From an uncultured bacterium (GTDB lineage: Bacteria > Verrucomicrobiota > Lentisphaeria > Victivallales > UBA1829): a stretch of 64,000 nucleotides of DNA. Below, in pieces: positions 27,801 through 35,545 of this stretch (the first letter of the stretch is position 1; each line of letters opens with the position of its first letter). The position numbers were made by a program, and so were the translations under genes. The stretch covers positions 130,839-194,838 of the forward strand of contig CACZEK010000005.1 in NCBI GenBank assembly GCA_902780135.1, read 5' to 3'. The notes beneath the pieces are model-generated. The model had not been told where the DNA came from. It searched no databases and worked only from the letters and a program-made list of their open reading frames with translations.

Positions 27801-29021
27801 TCTGACGGTTAAATCGCCTCCGCCCCAGCAGACCGAACCGGAGATACGGAAATTGAAGGTCTCGGATTTCCTGGTCCCGACAGAAAGACTGATCTCATTT
27901 TTGCCGTCTTCGTATTTCCATCCGCCTTTGACTTCCAGCAGACCGACAAATGTTCCCTCGACGGACAGGCTCATGTTCTGGAAATTGCTGGAAATCTCTC
28001 CGAACACGGCGGCCTCGGCCACGCGGAATTTGCCGTTCTTCAGCCCGATCATTTTTGCGAATTTCGACGACAGGGCGTTGAAGTCGATCTGAGGCCCGAA
28101 CGCCACACCCAGACCGGGCGCGTAGGTCTGCACCGATTCGGCCAGGCCCGAAACGCCCATCTTGATCTGCGTGAAGATCACGGGGCCGATCGGGATCTCG
28201 CCCTTGACTTCGAGGGCGATGTTGTTGAGTCTGCCGCTCTTGAACCCCACGCGTCCGACCACCAGCCATTCCGTGCCGGAGGGAACCGTGAACTTGACTC
28301 CGAGCCCGACTTCCCACTCGGACTTGAACGCATTGTACGCGCCGATCGCGCCGACCTTCAGGCCGCAGTTCACGCCGATCTTCTTCAGCCAGTCGAGGTC
28401 CAGCAGACCGGTCGCGGTGAAGACATACTCCTTTTCCTGCTGGATGCCGGACCGGTTGTACATGAAATACAGGCCGTTGTTCGCACCTGCCTCCCCTATG
28501 AAATCCTTGCGCTGGATGATGTTGCCGGAAAGGTCGTAGAACTTGTTGCGGGTGCGCATCGCCTCCTTTCTTTCCTCTTCCGTTTCCGGCTTCTGGTTGA
28601 AGATCTCCAGAGGATCGGTCAGGGTGTCGGGATCGTACTCGCCGAGGAGCGTGGCGGAGACCGTGAGGATCGAGCCGATCCGGACGTACACGATCCCCTG
28701 GACCACCAGAAGCTTTCCGGTAAGAGCGCCCTCGTCGCTCCTGACATCCACGACCGAAACGTAGACGCTGTTCAATTCCACCTGGAACGCCGTGGCGTCG
28801 ATGCCGAACGTGCCGCCGATGCTGAAGATGCCGGGGTCTTTGTCCTTGTAGCTTTCCAGCAGGTCGTCTATGGTGGAAGGAACGTCTTCGCCCTCCGCTG
28901 ATTTCGTCCCGACCGAGATCGTCACGGGGTTTACGGTATTGAGTTCGTCATAGGATTCTGAGAAATCGACGTTTGGAGTCATGCGCGGCGCCCTCTGTTG
29001 AATGGAAACTCGAAATGACAT
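24873..29021 (-). CDS. Giant (1382 aa) repeat protein: beta-rich N-domain, CARDB-like, FN3-like and PPC-like modules; no signal peptide
   Basis: Single clean ORF. CARDB-like FCTVANLGTEDSGEFSVDVVLS...LAAGESRELQL. FN3-like LSWDAVEGASSYDLEY. PPC-like DSDAYLLTVDDGCAGRYEFKLTG...GDYLVEID. An alternative start at ATG 28982 has a GAGGG RBS, whereas ATG 29021 sits only about 10 nt after the predicted -10 box. Confidence 0.85.
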   Translation of the reverse strand: MSFRVSIQQRAPRMTPNVDFSESYDELNTVNPVTISVGTKSAEGEDVPSTIDDLLESYKDKDPGIFSIGGTFGIDATAFQVELNSVYVSVVDVRSDEGALTGKLLVVQGIVYVRIGSILTVSATLLGEYDPDTLTDPLEIFNQKPETEEERKEAMRTRNKFYDLSGNIIQRKDFIGEAGANNGLYFMYNRSGIQQEKEYVFTATGLLDLDWLKKIGVNCGLKVGAIGAYNAFKSEWEVGLGVKFTVPSGTEWLVVGRVGFKSGRLNNIALEVKGEIPIGPVIFTQIKMGVSGLAESVQTYAPGLGVAFGPQIDFNALSSKFAKMIGLKNGKFRVAEAAVFGEISSNFQNMSLSVEGTFVGLLEVKGGWKYEDGKNEISLSVGTRKSETFNFRISGSVCWGGGDLTVRGALDGSFKWDFTALKVNWVGVNVGGGVSVIYNQAGSRKTISISAGGRAQVKVLFVKVGVNVSNSWFLDLSNRGLAHTCANTRLEDASSGAKRMLRTVAPEDDIPEKISGDKIGSYSWTSTELAAEGRTYVTLAVQHSLTDLEWVLTGPDGSIYRSTDLNTPITVKQVSFSQLELRIDNAAQGDWTLDAYGSRNRNGEVVMFAEAGDPIETGVRVVSVDRKSVTVEYQAHATGDSYLAALYMQRADQPADEYEGMILDYLEATEGDEYRKVTIDLPEEIQGGKYRFYVMAQSTNCAEVAYSTKTDEVEIAIRTASLKVTDYRLEFQAADLRTANVFCTVANLGTEDSGEFSVDVVLSESEILNDRDPVVASAKISLAAGESRELQLAAGIPQDFIGRLAALSVRLDRENAVDEGIFEEDNTVSKTIAPAVVTIGSGKALSWDAVEGASSYDLEYAVEEDWNDSAVLRGIAGTAIELDLAAGHYSFRVTPYDADGRAIEPGIAEWDDAVSFFSDFTLALAAGSDSVSTDRFSLMDGLYDWKKTDFGGFTGTLTLYQVDGIRRGHDEKIMVIEVTDGEATAASDTAEDLLLDNGLYYFTAAGTGKDGAASELSFSISGDVFPNLRPERGAVSLPDSVDEKGMYSETMESWVGAFDEDDVWDYLLEDAGELSLSVIDPENLTGELVVDLFVQSSANGQYQRVRSFSVDASAASGMLLDQFIVTNNFYVRVGARDNGRGGDNTDYSLDLQFAAFSDSPLDEDTWTISAGKDPVQVNGWVGYRNDSDAYLLTVDDGCAGRYEFKLTGDAGEATLNIRSMSGKLIKSATLNEMGIAVIPELELYSGDYLVEIDSRNSLCIDNNTKYALTVTQQRAFEVISDTNFADIHTAEQGEKLFFALDIQESGMYDVSELRNAGLTVWIQETDSSGMLGAARLRPDWAKLEWDVPSYMTVCNLNSAWGDSRIGLDSENRKFVLLAAPPA

Positions 29022-29030
29022 ATTTTTGAT

Positions 29031-29059
29031 AATGTAACCCGTCTTATCCGCTTTTTCAA
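29031..29059 (-). promoter_or_regulatory. sigma70-like promoter for the 1382-aa gene
   Basis: Reverse strand: TTGAAA (29059-29054), 17-nt spacer, TACATT (29036-29031). Confidence 0.4.
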
Positions 29060-29108
29060 CTCCGTTTTTTTTGTTTTTACCATTTTTTCAAATATCGCAT
29101 TCCGGCTC

Positions 29109-29136
29109 TTGCATTTTGAAAAGCCCGTGTTATAGT
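29109..29136 (+). promoter_or_regulatory. sigma70-like promoter for the 1190-aa gene
   Basis: TTGCAT (29109-29114), 16-nt spacer, TATAGT (29131-29136). Confidence 0.45.
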
Positions 29137-29207
29137 AATACCGAATTGTTTGAAAACATATTTCTGCAAACGGCAGTCCGGTTCAACGGACCAATACGAG
29201 GTGTTTT

Positions 29208-32200
29208 ATGAGTTACGAAGTCGCTTCCGGGCAGACATCAAACGGCATTTCCCTGGAAAATGATTTCATGTATGTCTTCGACGGCGGCACGGCGAACACG
29301 ACTACCGTGAACACTGCCGGAAGCATGTATATCGAAGGCGGCGGCACGGCAAACAATACCGTCGTGAACGAGTCCGGCAGCATGTCGGTCGCCGGCGCCG
29401 CGAACAAGACCGTCGTAAACGGCGAGGGAGACTGGGGAAGCGGCAAAGTGACCGTTTGCGACGGCGGCGTGGCGAATTCGACCACGGTGAACAGCGGCGG
29501 TATCCTCCAAATCGAAAAAAACGGCCTCGCCGAAACGACCGAAGTCAACGATCACGGCAGCATGCACGTCTTCAGCGGAGGCATGGCGAACTCGACCGAA
29601 GTCAACCATGGCGGCAGCATGTACGTCAACGCGGGCGCCGCGGCCGGCGCGGTCACGGTGAACAGCAGCGGAACGCTGGAAGTCCAGCCGGGCGGTTCGG
29701 CGGCCGCGATCCGGGAAAACGGCGGATGCGTCATCGTCCCGGACGGCGCGAATGCGTCTTTCGTCGCAAACAGCTTCGGCGGACTCGTCCTGTCGAACGG
29801 GACCGCCACGCTGCATACGGGGACCACAGCCACATCCGCCGCCGTGGACGGTTTCGGCACGCTGTTTGTTTATGCGGACGGCATGGCGCAATCGACGACG
29901 GTGAACAGCGGCGGGAAACTGTATGTTTCCGCCCGCGGCACGGCAAACGACATTACGCTGAATGAATTCGGCATCATGAGCATCTGCAGCGACGGCGTGG
30001 CAAACACCGTCATCGTGAACAGCGGCGGCACGGCAAACGTCGACAAGGGCGGCATCATGAAAGACGCCGTTGTGAACGACTGCGCCGGCGTGTATGTTTC
30101 CGGGATTGTGAGCGGGACCATCGTTAACGGCGCCGACGAATGGAATTACGGCGAGCTGTTTGTCCATGCCGGCGGCACGGCGAATTCGACCACAGTGAAC
30201 AGCTATGGCGGGATGAGCATCGACGAGGGGGGCAGAGCGGACGGGGTGTCCGTGAACGGCGGCGGCAGCCTGGTCATTTCCTCCGGCGCCGTGGCGGCCG
30301 GGATCGTGGAAAACGGCGGATACGTCAGTGTCGCCGACGGCGCAAGCGCGGCTTTCGTCGAAAATACGTTCAGCGGCATGACGCTGTCGGGCGGCGCTGC
30401 CACTCTGCACGCGGGAACGACCGCGGAGTCCGCCGCGGTTTACACCTCCGGCGCGTTGTACGTCTACGACGGCGGTGCGGCGAACGGGACCGTCCTGACC
30501 GGGGCAGACAAGGAGGACTGCGCCGAGATGTACATTTACGACGGCGGCGCGGCGAACGGGACCACCGTGAACGGCGGCGGCTGGGTCTACGTCGGCGGCA
30601 CGGCCGGTTCGACGGTCGTGAACGGCGACGGTTATCTGGGGATCGCCGACGGCGGCAAACACACCGGCACGCTGACCATAGCCGAGGGCGCGGTGGTGTC
30701 GGCCTATGCCGGGAGCGTCATCGACTTCGACGTCTCGGCCGCGGCCCCCGGAAGCCCGGCGCAGGTCAGTGACCTGTCACGGATCCAGGGAACGCCGTTG
30801 TACACGCTCACGGTCGGCGCATCCCAGGCGGACGGCACGTACGGTCTGGCGGAAGGGGCGGCCGGATTCGACAAGACGATCACGGTCGTGAACGCCTCCG
30901 GCACGACGCTCGGTACGCTCACGGCCGACGGCGGCACGCAGGTGTTCGACGGGGTGAAATACACGCTCGCGCTGAACGATTCCGAACTCGTCGTGACGGT
31001 CGGCGATCTTCTGCCCGAAAACGGCCCGGAGGAGCCGCTGAACAACACGCTGCTGATCGACAAGACCAAGGTCAACAAGGACGTGACGGAGGAATACGGG
31101 ACGGTCCTGACCGCGCCCGGACAGGAGATCCGTCTCGACAAGGCAGGAACGGTCGACTACGGCGAAAACCATTACCACAACCACGTCGGGAAATCCGCCT
31201 CCGAGCAGGATGCCGATTACAAGCTCGACTACGCGAAGATCGTGCTGAAGCACGGCGCGAAGCTGAGTTTCCACGCCGAGGCGACGGCGGCGGCGACGTT
31301 CACCGTGTACGGCCTCACGCAAAACGGGGAGACCGGGAAATACACGCTGAAGAAAATCCAGACGCTGAATCTCAAAAACAGGAACGGCGTGTTCACAGCC
31401 GACTCCCCGAAAACGGTCCTGCTTGAAAAGAGCGGAACGGACAACAGGGAGTATTACGTCTCCATGCAGTTCGCGGATAAGAAAGCCGACGAGGCGTATT
31501 ACAACGTGACGCTGAACGGCGCCGACACGGGAACCCTGTTCTACTCCGACAGCGACGACGGCTGGAACAACGGACCGCTGCTGGTCGAAAACGGCAAGGG
31601 CAAGGTCCCGGATGCGGACCTGATCGCGAATCTCAGGGAGACGAAGATCGCGGAGTCCGGCGCGCAGGATGTCGCGTTCGACACCAACGAAATCAAGGCT
31701 GACGGTGCGCCGGAGATCGAGGGCGGCTGGAACAACTTCGTCGGCTTCGAAGATCCCGACGATTACGCGAAATTGACGATGACGCAGCCCGTGAAACTGA
31801 CATTCATGATCACGGCGACGGACAAGGTGAAACTCGTCGTTTACAAACTGAATAAAGGAAGCAAATGGAGTTCGACGTCCGTCAAGTCGAAGGAACTCAC
31901 CCTGAACTCGAAGGAAAAGAAGGCGGGGTTCGCGACGCGCACGCTGGAAGTCAATCTTGCCCGCCTTGTCGGGGAGGAGAACACGGGATACTATGTCTCG
32001 GTTCAGAGCACGAACGCATCGAGCGGCGGCAAAGCGTGGTACGACGTGAGCGTCGACAGCATCGTGTACGCCTCCGACTACGGCACGAACAACAAACTCT
32101 TCCCGGACAAGAAGAACAAGGAGCTCAATCCGGAACTTGAGCGGACGACCGTGAATCCCGGAGAAAAGAAGTCCGTCGTCATGGAAGTCGCGATCGAGGG

Positions 32201-32780
32201 CAAGGACGACGTCGCGGTCGAAAAAAAGGTCGGCGAAACGACCTACCGGAGCTTCGTCGGCTTCGGCGACGAATACGACTATGCGGAGATCGTCTTCAAC
32301 GGCGCCGGGAAATGCGTCTTCACGGTCGACATCTGGGGCACGGAAAAAGCAAGTGCGAAATTCACGGTCTACAAGCTCACGTTCAAGAGCGGCAAGTGGA
32401 CGAAGAAGTCGCTCGCCACGCTCACGCTCAAGAATACGAAGGGCGCCGTCGACGGATATGCTTCCGCCTCGGACGGCAGGACCGTCGAGATCGAGAAGAA
32501 GACCGACGACGCCACGAGGTACTTCGTCTCCATGCAGTCCGTCGATGCGAAGAAAGGCAAAGAGGTGTACTACAACATTTCCGCCGGAATGCCGTCCGGT
32601 TCGTCGGATTCCGCGCTCGCCATGCCGGAGACGGATGTGCCCGCGGACAGCCTCGCCATGCCGGACAGTCTGAGCTTCGGGCAGTACGACACCGCGGACG
32701 CCCTCGCCGGAACTTGCCTCGATCCCGCTTCGGACAAGCTCTTCGGCGAATCCGGAAACGGCCTCCTCGCCTCGCTGTAA
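29208..32780 (+). CDS. Giant (1190 aa) protein: AIDA-type beta-helix repeats plus three PPC-like modules; no signal peptide, no translocator
   Basis: GAGGTG RBS. The first 500 aa or so are about 19-residue units (GGTANTTTVNTAGSMYIEGGGTANNTVVNESGSMSV...). Three modules of about 120 aa follow, sharing DYAKI/DYAKL/DYAEI, FTVYGL/VVYKL/FTVYKL and YYVSMQ/YYVSVQS/YFVSMQS...YYNV. Confidence 0.85.
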   Translation: MSYEVASGQTSNGISLENDFMYVFDGGTANTTTVNTAGSMYIEGGGTANNTVVNESGSMSVAGAANKTVVNGEGDWGSGKVTVCDGGVANSTTVNSGGILQIEKNGLAETTEVNDHGSMHVFSGGMANSTEVNHGGSMYVNAGAAAGAVTVNSSGTLEVQPGGSAAAIRENGGCVIVPDGANASFVANSFGGLVLSNGTATLHTGTTATSAAVDGFGTLFVYADGMAQSTTVNSGGKLYVSARGTANDITLNEFGIMSICSDGVANTVIVNSGGTANVDKGGIMKDAVVNDCAGVYVSGIVSGTIVNGADEWNYGELFVHAGGTANSTTVNSYGGMSIDEGGRADGVSVNGGGSLVISSGAVAAGIVENGGYVSVADGASAAFVENTFSGMTLSGGAATLHAGTTAESAAVYTSGALYVYDGGAANGTVLTGADKEDCAEMYIYDGGAANGTTVNGGGWVYVGGTAGSTVVNGDGYLGIADGGKHTGTLTIAEGAVVSAYAGSVIDFDVSAAAPGSPAQVSDLSRIQGTPLYTLTVGASQADGTYGLAEGAAGFDKTITVVNASGTTLGTLTADGGTQVFDGVKYTLALNDSELVVTVGDLLPENGPEEPLNNTLLIDKTKVNKDVTEEYGTVLTAPGQEIRLDKAGTVDYGENHYHNHVGKSASEQDADYKLDYAKIVLKHGAKLSFHAEATAAATFTVYGLTQNGETGKYTLKKIQTLNLKNRNGVFTADSPKTVLLEKSGTDNREYYVSMQFADKKADEAYYNVTLNGADTGTLFYSDSDDGWNNGPLLVENGKGKVPDADLIANLRETKIAESGAQDVAFDTNEIKADGAPEIEGGWNNFVGFEDPDDYAKLTMTQPVKLTFMITATDKVKLVVYKLNKGSKWSSTSVKSKELTLNSKEKKAGFATRTLEVNLARLVGEENTGYYVSVQSTNASSGGKAWYDVSVDSIVYASDYGTNNKLFPDKKNKELNPELERTTVNPGEKKSVVMEVAIEGKDDVAVEKKVGETTYRSFVGFGDEYDYAEIVFNGAGKCVFTVDIWGTEKASAKFTVYKLTFKSGKWTKKSLATLTLKNTKGAVDGYASASDGRTVEIEKKTDDATRYFVSMQSVDAKKGKEVYYNISAGMPSGSSDSALAMPETDVPADSLAMPDSLSFGQYDTADALAGTCLDPASDKLFGESGNGLLASL

Positions 32781-32790
32781 ACCAATTTGC

Positions 32791-32841
32791 ACAGGGCATT
32801 CCGGCTCATTCCGCCTGGAATTCCAAAATGCCCTGTTTTTA
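32791..32841 (+). terminator. Rho-independent terminator after the 1190-aa gene
   Basis: acagggcatt...aatgccctgt (10 bp) enclosing an inner attcc/ggaat stem, followed by T5. Confidence 0.6.
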
Positions 32842-32853
32842 CGCCAAAACGAC

Positions 32854-32880
32854 TTGCAATTTCGCCTGACCCGGTATATT
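32854..32880 (+). promoter_or_regulatory. Possible sigma70-like promoter about 280 nt upstream of the esterase gene
   Basis: TTGCAA (32854-32859), 15-nt spacer (short), TATATT (32875-32880). Confidence 0.3.
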
Positions 32881-33159
32881 TTATTGGCAAATCATCCGTT
32901 AATGCCACATCCGGACGGAGTCCGCCATGAAAAAAACAGATGCCGCAGCCCTGCGTGATTATGTGTTCGGAGTTCACGCGAAACAGCGGCAAATCTCCCC
33001 CGCGGCACAAACAACGCCGACCGAACATGCGCGGAACAGCGGGCAGCGCTCTCCGGGCCGGGCGGGGCAGCAGATTCAATCACCCCCAGAAACGGGCCGG
33101 CTTCCGATCGTCGGGTGACCTCGGAAGAAGCCCAAAACCATGATAAGGAGTTCAAAAAT

Positions 33160-34500
33160 ATGAAACTCGGTTATTTCCTCGGTTGTTCCGTCGCTCTCGC
33201 GTTCGCTCTGACCGCGATCGCGCAGGCTCCCGCACAGGGCCCCGCACAGGGCGGCCAGCGTCCCGCCATGGGACAGGGAGGCCAGCGTCCCGGCATGGGT
33301 CAGGGCGGCCAGCGTCCCGGCATGGGTCAAGGCGGCCAGCGTCAGGGCGGCCAGCGCAACGGCGGCAGTCCGTTCGGAGCCGGCGGCTTCGGCGGAGGCG
33401 GTCGCGTGGAACCGCTTCCGGAAGGATTCGTCCCCTCCGAAACGACCATCTTCAATTCCCAGTATCCCGCCGTGAATCCGAAGACGCGCGAGGCGATCTA
33501 CAAAGTGAACGCCCCCGGCGCGCAGAAAGTCACGATCACGCAGGAAGGCAAAGTCTACAACATGGAAAAGGCCTCCGACGGACGCTGGACCGTCAAGACC
33601 GATCCGCTGGTCGTCGGCTTCCACTATTATTCCTTCAACGTCGACGGCAACACGTTCTTCGATCCGGGGACGGAAGCGTATTTCGGCGGAAACTTCGAGC
33701 AGTCCGGCATCGAGATCCCGGAAGACGAGAAGGAAGCCGCCTACTACCACTTCGACAAGAACGTCCCGCACGGACAGGTCCGCCGCTGCGACTACTGGTC
33801 CGAGATCAACGGCGTCCCGCGCGTCTGCCACGTCTACACGCCCGCGGAATACGAGACGCATCCCGAAAAGCGTTACCCGGTTCTCCTGCTCCTGCACGGC
33901 TGGGGCGAGGATGAAAACGGCTGGACCAATCAGGGAAAGACCAACTACATCATGGACAACCTGATCGCGGCGGGCAAGGCAGTCCCGATGATCATCGTCA
34001 TGGACTGCGGCGACCTGAAGACCAACTCCTACTTCAAGAAGCCCGGACAGGGCGGCCGCGGCGGCAACGTCAACGACATCTTCGTCAACGAGCTCCTTCC
34101 GTTCATCGACGCCAACTTCCGCACGCTCCCCGGACGCGAGAACCGCGCCATGGCGGGCCTTTCCCGCGGCGGCATGCAGACCTGGAGCACCGTTACGTCC
34201 AACCTCGACAAGTTCTCCTGGATCGGCAGTTTCAGCGGCCTTTCCGTGAACGGCGCGATCGACCAGGCGTTCAACGGCGCGTTCAAGACCGCGAAGGAAG
34301 ATCCCTCCAAGAACATCAACCACATCTTCATCGGCCTCGGCTCCGAGGAGCGTCCCGAGAACGCGAAGCGCGTGGCGGACGCCTTCAACGAATTCGGCAT
34401 CAAGACCACGTTCTTCGTGTCCGAGGGTACCGCCCATGAGTGGCTCACCTGGCGCCGCTGCCTCCGCGAATTCGCGCCGATCGTCTTCAACAAGAAGTGA
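33160..34500 (+). CDS. Secreted carbohydrate-esterase-type alpha/beta hydrolase (feruloyl/acetyl-xylan esterase-like) with an N-terminal Ig-like domain
   Basis: ATG 33160 preceded by AAGGAG. Signal peptide MKLGYFLGCSVALAFALTAIAQA, then a GQRPGMGQG repeat linker. Ig-like domain ([14 protein letters not shown]). YPVLLLLHGWGEDENGW, nucleophile elbow AGLSRGG, C-terminal [11 protein letters not shown]. Confidence 0.85.
   Translation: MKLGYFLGCSVALAFALTAIAQAPAQGPAQGGQRPAMGQGGQRPGMGQGGQRPGMGQGGQRQGGQRNGGSPFGAGGFGGGGRVEPLPEGFVPSETTIFNSQYPAVNPKTREAIYKVNAPGAQKVTITQEGKVYNMEKASDGRWTVKTDPLVVGFHYYSFNVDGNTFFDPGTEAYFGGNFEQSGIEIPEDEKEAAYYHFDKNVPHGQVRRCDYWSEINGVPRVCHVYTPAEYETHPEKRYPVLLLLHGWGEDENGWTNQGKTNYIMDNLIAAGKAVPMIIVMDCGDLKTNSYFKKPGQGGRGGNVNDIFVNELLPFIDANFRTLPGRENRAMAGLSRGGMQTWSTVTSNLDKFSWIGSFSGLSVNGAIDQAFNGAFKTAKEDPSKNINHIFIGLGSEERPENAKRVADAFNEFGIKTTFFVSEGTAHEWLTWRRCLREFAPIVFNKK
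33253..33360 (+). repeat. In-frame 27-nt coding tandem repeat (ggccagcgtcccggcatgggtcagggc, about 3 copies plus degenerate units)
   Basis: 33253-33279, 33280-33306 and 33307-33333 are near-identical. They encode GQRP(A/G)MGQG. Confidence 0.8.
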
Positions 34501-34536
34501 CCGGTCTTTCCCATCCGCGGAATAAACAGTGCCTTC

Positions 34537-34575
34537 GGGGCGTCCGGATCGAACCGGGCGCCCCTTTGCTTTTTG
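34537..34575 (+). terminator. Rho-independent terminator after the esterase gene
   Basis: ggggcgtccgg-atcgaa-ccgggcgcccc (11 bp, one G-U pair) followed by tttgcttttt. Confidence 0.65.
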
Positions 34576-34674
34576 TGCGGCGGCGGCTTTTCGGGAAACA
34601 CGCGGTCGATGATCGGCGGGCAGTCTTACCGGGACCGATCCGAAATACCGTCCGTTTTTACTTTGCGGATCGGC

Positions 34675-34702
34675 TTGACTTTCGGCCGAGGAATGCTATA
34701 TT
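34675..34702 (+). promoter_or_regulatory. sigma70-like promoter
   Basis: TTGACT (34675-34680), 16-nt spacer, TATATT (34697-34702), 60 nt before the ATG at 34763. Confidence 0.45.
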
Positions 34703-34762
34703 CTTTTAGTTCAGCCTTGTTCCGGCAAAAACCGCCGGGCGAAAAGGAAAGGTATCCCAGCC

Positions 34763-35452
34763 ATGAAACTCCGCAGCTACCATCTTGCCGCCGCACTCTT
34801 CCTCTTTGCCGGCATCGCATTTGCCGTTGCGCTGGAGCCTGCCGACGAAGACAGCCGCCGGGAAACCATCTACACCTTTCACAGCCCCATCGCCACGGAA
34901 AGCAGAAAAACGTTCGAGCGCCTTTTTTACGACACCGCCCGGAAGGAGGACCTGACTATCAAGCTGCTCCAATACAGCAGCATCGCCGAGACGGAAAGCG
35001 TGTGGGGCAGTTATTCGACCGAAGATCATAACGGCGGCGGAAACACCGCTTCCGCGGCGGCCCCGGACTCCGACGGCCGCGTTGCCGGGGAGGAAGGATT
35101 CCATGTCTACGATTTGGCCGCGCCATTCGGCGACCGCATTACGGAGGACATCGGGTTTACGGGACGCAGAGGCGGCGAATACGAACTCAATTTCGGGGAG
35201 GCCGAAACCAGGGAGCCCGAACAATACCAATTGCCGGAAAATGGAGCGAGCGGCATCCTCGTCTTCGACAAAAGCTTTTTCCTGGCGAATGAGAACAAGG
35301 CGCAGATTCTGTTCGGAGACCCCTATGCCGGCGATTTCAACGACAACGACGTGGTCGCTCTTCCGCTTGCGCTGCCGATCGCGCTGCTTTTCCTTGCGAT
35401 CGGAGCCGGCATTGTCCTGATCATATTCACCACGATTGACGATAAAAAATGA
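34763..35452 (+). CDS. Hypothetical protein with an N-terminal signal/anchor and a C-terminal TM anchor
   Basis: MKLRSYHLAAALFLFAGIAFAVA..., an acidic middle part, and C-terminal ALPLALPIALLFLAIGAGIVLIIFTTIDDKK. No recognisable family. Confidence 0.65.
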   Translation: MKLRSYHLAAALFLFAGIAFAVALEPADEDSRRETIYTFHSPIATESRKTFERLFYDTARKEDLTIKLLQYSSIAETESVWGSYSTEDHNGGGNTASAAAPDSDGRVAGEEGFHVYDLAAPFGDRITEDIGFTGRRGGEYELNFGEAETREPEQYQLPENGASGILVFDKSFFLANENKAQILFGDPYAGDFNDNDVVALPLALPIALLFLAIGAGIVLIIFTTIDDKK

Positions 35453-35545
35453 TCTCCACGGAATCAAACAAATGCTCATCTCCTGTTCAGCAAACCGGTC
35501 CCGTCCCGATGGAACAGAAAAACGGCAAAAAAGGATGACACCGCC

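Noticed and set aside
32927-33118. 63-codon ORF (MKKTDAAALRDYVFGV...) and the overlapping 32940-33143 ORF as real genes
   Set aside because: The RBS is weak, the third-position bias is not genome-like, and the translation is Arg/Gly/Pro-rich. There is not enough support to call a CDS, so it is mentioned only as a leader-region curiosity.
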